A program made the translations under genes and the position numbers. Below, piece after piece: positions 56,871 to 64,000 of a DNA stretch of 64,000 bases (its first letter is position 1; each line of letters begins with the position of its first letter). The DNA is from Octopus vulgaris. Its lineage: Eukaryota. Under the pieces are notes generated by a model that was not told where the DNA came from, made no database searches, and worked only from the letters and a program-made list of their open reading frames with translations. The DNA lies in assembly GCA_951406725.2 (NCBI GenBank), contig OX597815.1:145080001-145144000 (forward strand), given 5' to 3'.

Positions 56871-58554
56871 TTAAGCCTGGCTAAAATAATTCATATTCCT
56901 TTGTTTCGTGTTTCGGTTGCACCTCACGGTCAGTTTTGTGTAAACCTTGGGTTTCTTATTATTCACGTGATTAAGTGATCGATCAAACTATCGGATGCTG
57001 TTATACATCGCTGATCCCAATGCGCTTTGCATCGTTTTAGCTCTTCGAATGATACCACCCCATTGCCTAGGCAAGCAGAACAACACTCTACTCTGATCGG
57101 AAGGTTACCCCATCCCAGGGTGACCCGTTACAGCTGACTGGGGCAACATGAAATGAAGTGTTTTGCTCAAGGGGACAATGGGCTATACGCCCAGGAATCG
57201 AACCTACAATCTGGTGATAGTGAGTGCAACATCCTAACTTCTAGGAAGAAGGGCTTGATAGAATCATCAGAAAAGGAAAATTCTTTCAGTACTTTTTCAG
57301 GCTATTTACGTTCCGAGTACTAAATTCTGCCGAGGTCAAATCAAATAAAGTACCAGCCAAGCGCTGGTGTCGATGTAACCAGCTTGCCTCCTCGCACCAA
57401 AATTGCTGGCCTTGTGCCAAAATTTGAAATCATTATTATACTTGTTGTTGTTGTTATCATTGTGAATTATCAAAACTGATTGATGATGTAATAAATCGTC
57501 ATGTGCGCGGTGAACAACAAGAATCAGAAAGATGACAGCACGAAAGACAGCACGATGACAATTCCTGGTAGCTTTGGTTGAGGAGACGCAAAAAAATAGA
57601 AACACCGGTGTTTGAAAGTCACCTTACTCTAATGAACCAAGTTTGTTATGAATATACTTTCGTCTGAAAGGAGAGGTTGCTCTCCAGTGGCGAAAAACAA
57701 CAGTGATTAGCACATTCATGTTCGAATCTATCGGAACGCACAAACAATAAATATGTATCTTTTACTTTTAATAGAGTGAATCGACTCCAGTACTTATATT
57801 TTCAAAGCCTGGTACTTTTTTCTAGTGGTTTCCCTTTGACGAACCGCTAAGTTACGGGGACGTAAACAAACCGACACTGGTTGTCAAGCAGTGGCGGTGG
57901 TGGATAAACACAGAAACAAAAACATACACACACAGACACATACATGCACACACACACCCAAACACACACACACAGATATACGACAGGTTTCTTTCAGTTT
58001 CCATCTACCAAATCTGCTCACAAGGCTTTGGTCGACCCGTGGCTTTTGTAGAAGACACTTGCCAAAGATACCACATAGGGGGACTAAACCGAGAACCATA
58101 TAGTTGGGAAGCAAGATTCTTACCACAAAGCGACGCTTGCGCCTGTATGTACATCATCGTTGGATAATAAGCTGTGGGGCATTCCTCGAGGCTCTTTACA
58201 ATTTGAGTTCAAATCCATCGAGGTTAACTTTACCTTTCATTCCTTCGGCAGTCAGTAGTATAATGTACCAGTCAAGTAATGGAGTCGATGGTTATTGACT
58301 TCGCCCGTCTCCTCAAAATTGCTGGTCTTGGAATAAGAAACCATTATTGATCTACTCAACATAAACCTGAGGCTTAACAGCAACAGGAATTTCTTTATTA
58401 CATTTGCGGCCTAACACACGAACGATTGGTTGAGAGTAAATCCAATGTAGCAACCAAGCTGGGGCACCGCCTTGAAGAAATGTTGGTAAAATAAGGATAA
58501 ACAAGTTTATATTAAAGTTCCTAGGCGTGGTATGTATGTATGTATGTATGTATG

Positions 58555-59112
58555 TATGTTTTATTTCAAGATTTCTTGCCAATAGAGAAAGAGCTGGTTT
58601 CTAACCTAGATCCAACGCTTTTTCATTGGTATTTCAACATCAGCAACAGGGTATATTTGTTTGGATGTCTCTTCTATATTTTAATTATTATAAATCTTCC
58701 ACTGAAGAAGGAGCCAGTTTCCAACAAAGATACATTCACAGATTGCACTTGTATGTGGGTGTGTATGTATGTATGTATGTATGTATGTATGTATGTATGT
58801 ATGTATTATGCATGTATGTGTGTATGCATGCATGTACGGTCTCTCTACGTATGTATGTATGCATGCATGTACGGTCTCTCTATGTATGTATGCATGTATG
58901 CGTGCAGATTTGTATGTTTTGTTTTATGTATGTATTCTCATGCATATAGTTGCATATCTAGACATGCTCATATATATTTAAATGATAAACTTCTGTAAAG
59001 TTTTACAGATTTTTACAGTTACAGTGATGGATTGGATCTGTAGTCTTAGATTTCTCCTTTCTGGTTTTGAGAAGCGTAATTTCTCAAGATTGGTATTTAG
59101 GCAGTGTGTTAC

Positions 59113-59143
<31 letters not shown>

Positions 59144-59380
59144 TGTATGTATGTATGTATGTATGTATGTATGTATGTATGTATGTATGTATGTATGTAT
59201 GTATGTATGTATGTATGTATGTATGTATGTATGTATGTATGTATGTATGTATGCTTGTATGTATGTATATCATTATTTAGTTTATTTCAAGATTTCTTGC
59301 CAATAGAGAAAGAACTGGTTTCTAACCTAGATTCGAGGTTTCTTCATTGGAATTTCAACACCTAGAGAAGGGTATATTTG
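58555..59380 (-). mobile_element. Tandem 3' ends of the (TACA)n-associated LINE family
   Basis: High similarity to 19520-20035. Confidence 0.7.
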
Positions 59381-59443
59381 ATGTTTGTTTGCATGTATGT
59401 ATGTATGGGTATGTTCCTATTTTAATTTTTTGAATTTCTCATC

Positions 59444-59815
59444 AGGCGTGGCTGCGTGGTAAGAAGTTTGTTTCCCAACCACATTGTTCTGGATTCAGTC
59501 CCGCTGCGTGGCACCTTGGACAAGTGTCTTCTACTATAGCCTCGGGCTGACCAAAGCTTTGGGAGTGGATTTGGTAGACAGAAACTGAAAGAAGCCCCTC
59601 GTGTATATAAATATATATCTCCGCGTGTGTGTGTGTGTCCCTACCACCGCTTGACAGCCTGTGCTGGTGTGTTTACGCCTTGTAACTTAGCGGTTCGGCA
59701 AAAAAGTGTTGAGTAAGTACCAGACTTTTATAAAATGAATACTGGAGTCGATTCATTCGACTAAAAATTATTCAATGCGGTGCTCTAGCTTGGCCGCAGT
59801 GTAATGACTGAAACA
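59444..59815 (+). mobile_element. SINE family B, followed by an inverted partial copy (59835-59935)
   Basis: Head aggcgtggctgcgtggtaagaag with the conserved body. Confidence 0.8.
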
Positions 59816-60094
59816 GGACTTTGGCCATTCCGAGACTATAGTAGAAGACACTTGCCAAAGGTGTTACGCAACAGGACTGAACCCCGAACCATGTGGTTGG
59901 GAAGCAAGCTTCTTACCACACAGCCACGCCTGCGCTTAAGTTTGTATGTATGTATGTATGTATGTATGTATGTTAAAACAAAGTACTTTGAGATATTTGT
60001 TCCATCCAAATGATACAGATGCTCCCTTGTCAATATCGCCATTATGAATGCAGTGAACCAGTAGCCTGTGTCCAACCAGACTAATTCTTTTTTA

Positions 60095-60463
60095 CTCTAG
60101 GCACAAGGCCCGAAATTTTTGGGAAGGGTCCAGTACGTAACTGGTACTAAATTTATCGACCCCGAAAGGATGAAAGGCAAAATCGAATCGGCAGAATTTG
60201 AACTCAGAATGTAAAGACAGACGAAATACCTATTTCTTTACTATCCACAAGGGGCTAAACACAGAGAGGACCAACAAGGACAGACAAACGGATTAAGTCG
60301 ATTATATCGACTCCAGTGCGTAACTGGTACTTAATTTTTCGACCCCCAAAAGGATGAAAGGCAAAGTCGACCTCGGCGGAATTTGAACTCAGAACGTAAC
60401 GGCAGACGAAATACGGCTACGCATTTCACCCGGTGAGCTAACGTTTCTGCCAGCTCGCCGCCT
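60095..60463 (-). mobile_element. SINE family A, dimeric
   Basis: Same structure as the 26395 copy. Confidence 0.8.
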
Positions 60464-61045
60464 TGCTAATGTACATAAATTGCAATATAAACTATAAAGT
60501 AATATATACATTGGCGTAAGCGTAGCTGTGTGGTTTACAACTTCGCTTGGCAAACATATGGTTTCACGTTCAGTTCCACAGCGCGGTACTTTGAGCTAAG
60601 AAGAATTTGAGCGATTTCTGTTTATGCGTTAGGGACATGCGTATGTAGTCTGTTTTGTGTGTGTGAATTACGTATATATTCTTTTACATCTTTCAGTCAT
60701 TTGACTGCGACCATGCTGGAGCACCACCATTAATCGAACTAATCGACCCCAGGGCTTATTCTTTGCAAGTCTAGTAATTATTCTATCAGTCTCTTTTACC
60801 GAACCGCTAAGTTGTAGGGGCGTAAACATACCAGCATCAGTTGTCAAGCAATGGTTGATCCGAGGCTATAGTAGAAGACACTTGCACAAGGTGCCACGCA
60901 GTGGGACCGAACCTGGCACTCTCTGGTTAGGAAGCAAGCTTCTTACACACAGCCACTCCTGCATCTGTGGTATATGAATGCAGTAACCAGTAGCCTGTAT
61001 GTATGTATGAGTGTATATATATATGTGTATGTGTGTGTGTATGTA

Positions 61046-61104
<59 letters not shown>

Positions 61105-61892
61105 ACACACGCATATTGTTCGTATTTAAAGTCTATTAATATATTTTTTGCATGTAAATATATTTCGTTTACATTTAAATCGCATGTGTATTGTCACATA
61201 TTAAGCTTTGTATAATATTTCGATTTCATTTAAATGTATAAATGTATAAATATATTTGTAATTATATTTTAATCTTTAATAAATTCGAACAGAAATTACA
61301 GATTTAAGTTAACAGAAAGTGACAAAAACTAATGATGTCAAATGAAATCAAATGCAACAAAATGTATATTTACGAACTTCAAATACGAACGAAATATATT
61401 TGGGGGAAAAAAGAAGTAATGCAGTTGTCAATCCTCTAAATGAAACCAGTTTCTCGTTAAAGATAAAAAAAAAAAAAGAATTCGATGTTTATATCTTTAA
61501 AAACTGGAGAGTCAGAATCTTTGATGTTTAAAGTGTCTTTTTTAAAAAGCATCATAAAATATGTTAGGGAATGTTTAAAAATCCAATATTTTTTTATTAT
61601 TTTCACATTTTGAAGGTTAGCTTACAATCTTGAATTTATATTAATAAGCGTTACAATTTATAATCCTTGTGCAATCAGAGAGGATAGGTAATGAAAGTAA
61701 CACATGAGTAATTTGAAACTGGGTTAATGTTATCGCCGAGGGTAATTTGAAATTTATTTAAGATTATCGGGGGTAACTTGAAATGGGGAACACGTTGGAG
61801 TCTTTACACTGGGCCGACCAATGACATCTGAGTGATTTTCATTGTGCATAAGCGAGAAGTATATACAAATACATACATCTCTCATTTTCTTC

Positions 61893-61962
<70 letters not shown>

Positions 61963-62216
61963 GAGGTGTATTCCATTTAGAACGCATTAGAGTACAAAAT
62001 AGAGCACCTTCACCCTCAGAATTACCAGATACCCGGTAGTATTATGGTATAGTACCAATTCTAGGCTCAGGCATTCCTATTAGGTCCTATTATAAGGTAA
62101 ACCGTTGCTAAATTAAATTTAAATCCTATATCTATGTTGCATCGAACCATGTGTAGTGGTCATTAAACAGCTGTCGAATCATACTCCCTTTTATTTTTTA
62201 CTCTATTATTTCTTTC

Positions 62217-62281
<65 letters not shown>

Positions 62282-62557
62282 TTTAACACAAAGTCATAAT
62301 TAAAATCAAAAATAAGGGTGAAAAAATTAGATATTAATTTAGTAACATCAATTTAACACCAAGTGGTTTAGCGCATAAAAACTGGGATTCAGTAAATATT
62401 AATACACAAATATAGAGAGAATCCACTATGTGGATGCTCTTGAGCTAAAAATAGATCCGCAATGGTCTCAACCACCAAGAATTGTTCTCAAGGAAAATTA
62501 GCACAACTATGAACGTAAGCGAGCAGGACAAATGAAAAATAACAAAAATGTAGATTA

Positions 62558-62634
62558 ACCCTAGACAATTGTTTCACTGTTAATAGATTATGCAATTTTA
62601 CTTACACAATAAATCCAAAGCTCATCAGTAGGAT
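62558..62634 (-). ncRNA. Type I hammerhead ribozyme motif (inverted copy of 63257-63333)
   Basis: Reverse-complement copy with the same core and stems. Confidence 0.85.
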
Positions 62635-63256
62635 TCGTCATGAATATAATTTGCTGAACTGCACGCCAGATTTTAACACAAAATCAAACACACGAGTAGT
62701 TTAGCCTATTATATTCGCAGTTATGATTCAAATGCCCTCGTTATAGCGCGCCAAATTGCCGGAAACAAATACTGCATAAATAATTTACTGCAGTATAATT
62801 AAAATCAAAAATAAGGGTGAAAAAATTAGATATTAATTTAGTAACATCAATTTAACACCAAGTGGTTTAGCGCATAAAAACTGGGATTCAGTAAATATTA
62901 ATACACAAATATAAGAGAGAATCCACTATGTGGACGCTCTTGAGTTAAAAATAGATCCGCAATGGTCTCAACCACCAAGAATTGTTCTCAAGGAAAATTA
63001 GCACAACTATGAACGTAAGCGAGCAGGACAAATGAAAAATAACAAAAATGTAGATTAATATCCAATTTTTTCATCCTTATTTTTGATTTTAATTATACTG
63101 CAGTAAATTATTTATGCAGTATTTGTTTCCGGCAATTTTGGCGCGCTATAACGAGGCATTTGAATCATAATTGCGAATATAATAGGCTGAACTACTCGTA
63201 TGTTTGACTTTGTGTTAAAATCTGGCGTGCAGTTCAGCAAATTATATTCATGACGA

Positions 63257-63333
63257 ATCCTACTGATGAGCTTTGGATTTATTGTGTAAGTAAAATTGCA
63301 TAATCTATTAACAGTGAAACAATTGTCTAGGGT
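63257..63333 (+). ncRNA. Type I hammerhead ribozyme motif
   Basis: ATCCTA-CTGATGA-GCT..(extended stem II)..AGT-GAA-ACAATTGT-C-TAGGGT. Intact core, palindromic stem III, GUC cleavage triplet at 63325-63327. Confidence 0.85.
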
Positions 63334-63613
63334 TAATCTACATTTTTGTTATTTTTCATTTGTCCTGCTCGCTTACGTTCATAGTTGTGCTAATTTTCCT
63401 TGAGAACAATTCTTGGTGGTTGAGACCATTGCGGATCTATTTTTAGCTCAAGAGCGTCCACATAGTGGATTCTCTCTTATATTTGCGTATTAATATTTAT
63501 TGAATCCCAGTTTTTATGCGCTAAACCACTTGGTGTTAAATTGATGTTACTAAATTAATATCTAATTTTTTCACCCTTATTTTTGATTATATATATATAT
63601 ATATATATGCATA

Positions 63614-63741
<128 letters not shown>

Positions 63742-63804
63742 AAATAAGATAACAAAGCTAAGGATGTGAGGAGTTTTTAGAATATTTATAAGGAAAGATA
63801 TATA

Positions 63805-63851
63805 CTCTTACAGCTGTTTCTGGGATATTATGGATATCCCTTCATCAGAGA
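63805..63851 (-). ncRNA. Minimal hammerhead ribozyme motif
   Basis: TCT-CTGATGA-A-GGGATAT-ccata-ATATCCC-A-GAA-ACAGCTGT-A-AGA. Palindromic stem III, GUA triplet. Confidence 0.75.
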
Positions 63852-64000
63852 CGATGTGAGATGGTTAAATAGGGGTAAATATTTGAGTTCGAAATAAGGA
63901 ATTATACTGGAAAAGGAGGAGAGAGAGAATATAGAGGGAAATAAAAAAATGAAAGTAGAAATAAGATATAAAATATATAAAGGTATTGTAGTTGCAGTTC

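Larger units (their letters stand above)
62297..63590. mobile_element. Non-autonomous Penelope-like/retrozyme-type element with tandem and inverted pseudo-LTRs
   Basis: A unit of about 500 bp occurs 1.5 times in tandem (62297-63058), then once inverted (63059-63590). One HHR per strand; (TA)n on both flanks. Confidence 0.75.

Noticed and set aside
56179-56884. His-rich or Thr-rich mucin-like ORFs
   Set aside because: Open in several frames and on both strands only because of stop-free triplet repeats; no splice context or unique sequence.

Overview
This is eukaryotic, AT-rich animal DNA saturated with microsatellites. The SINE families and repeat landscape point to an octopus or other coleoid cephalopod (inference, not verified). 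Almost every ORF in the supplied track is a microsatellite or TE artefact. One real spliced gene can be rebuilt on the + strand from five phase-compatible GT-AG exons (7697-21786, about 428 codons, N-terminal exon not found). It encodes a type I membrane protein: divergent SUEL/rhamnose-lectin-like domain, CUB-like domain, stalk, TM helix, and a tail with an ENIYDN tyrosine motif. The rest is mostly mobile DNA: three tRNA-derived SINE families, R4/Dong-like LINE 3' ends in (TAA)n and (TACA)n tracts, RTE and Tx1-like fragments, decayed mariner/Tc1 elements, a Helitron and a 30-bp minisatellite. The strongest hidden signal is non-coding: more than a dozen minimal hammerhead-ribozyme (HHR) motifs with palindromic stem III, from several unrelated families. 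They lie in (TA)n-flanked tandem/inverted elements of Penelope-like/retrozyme architecture and in a tRNA-headed SINE, and several share a non-canonical A.A junction at the base of stem II. Repeat boundaries are approximate; exon and HHR coordinates were read base by base.
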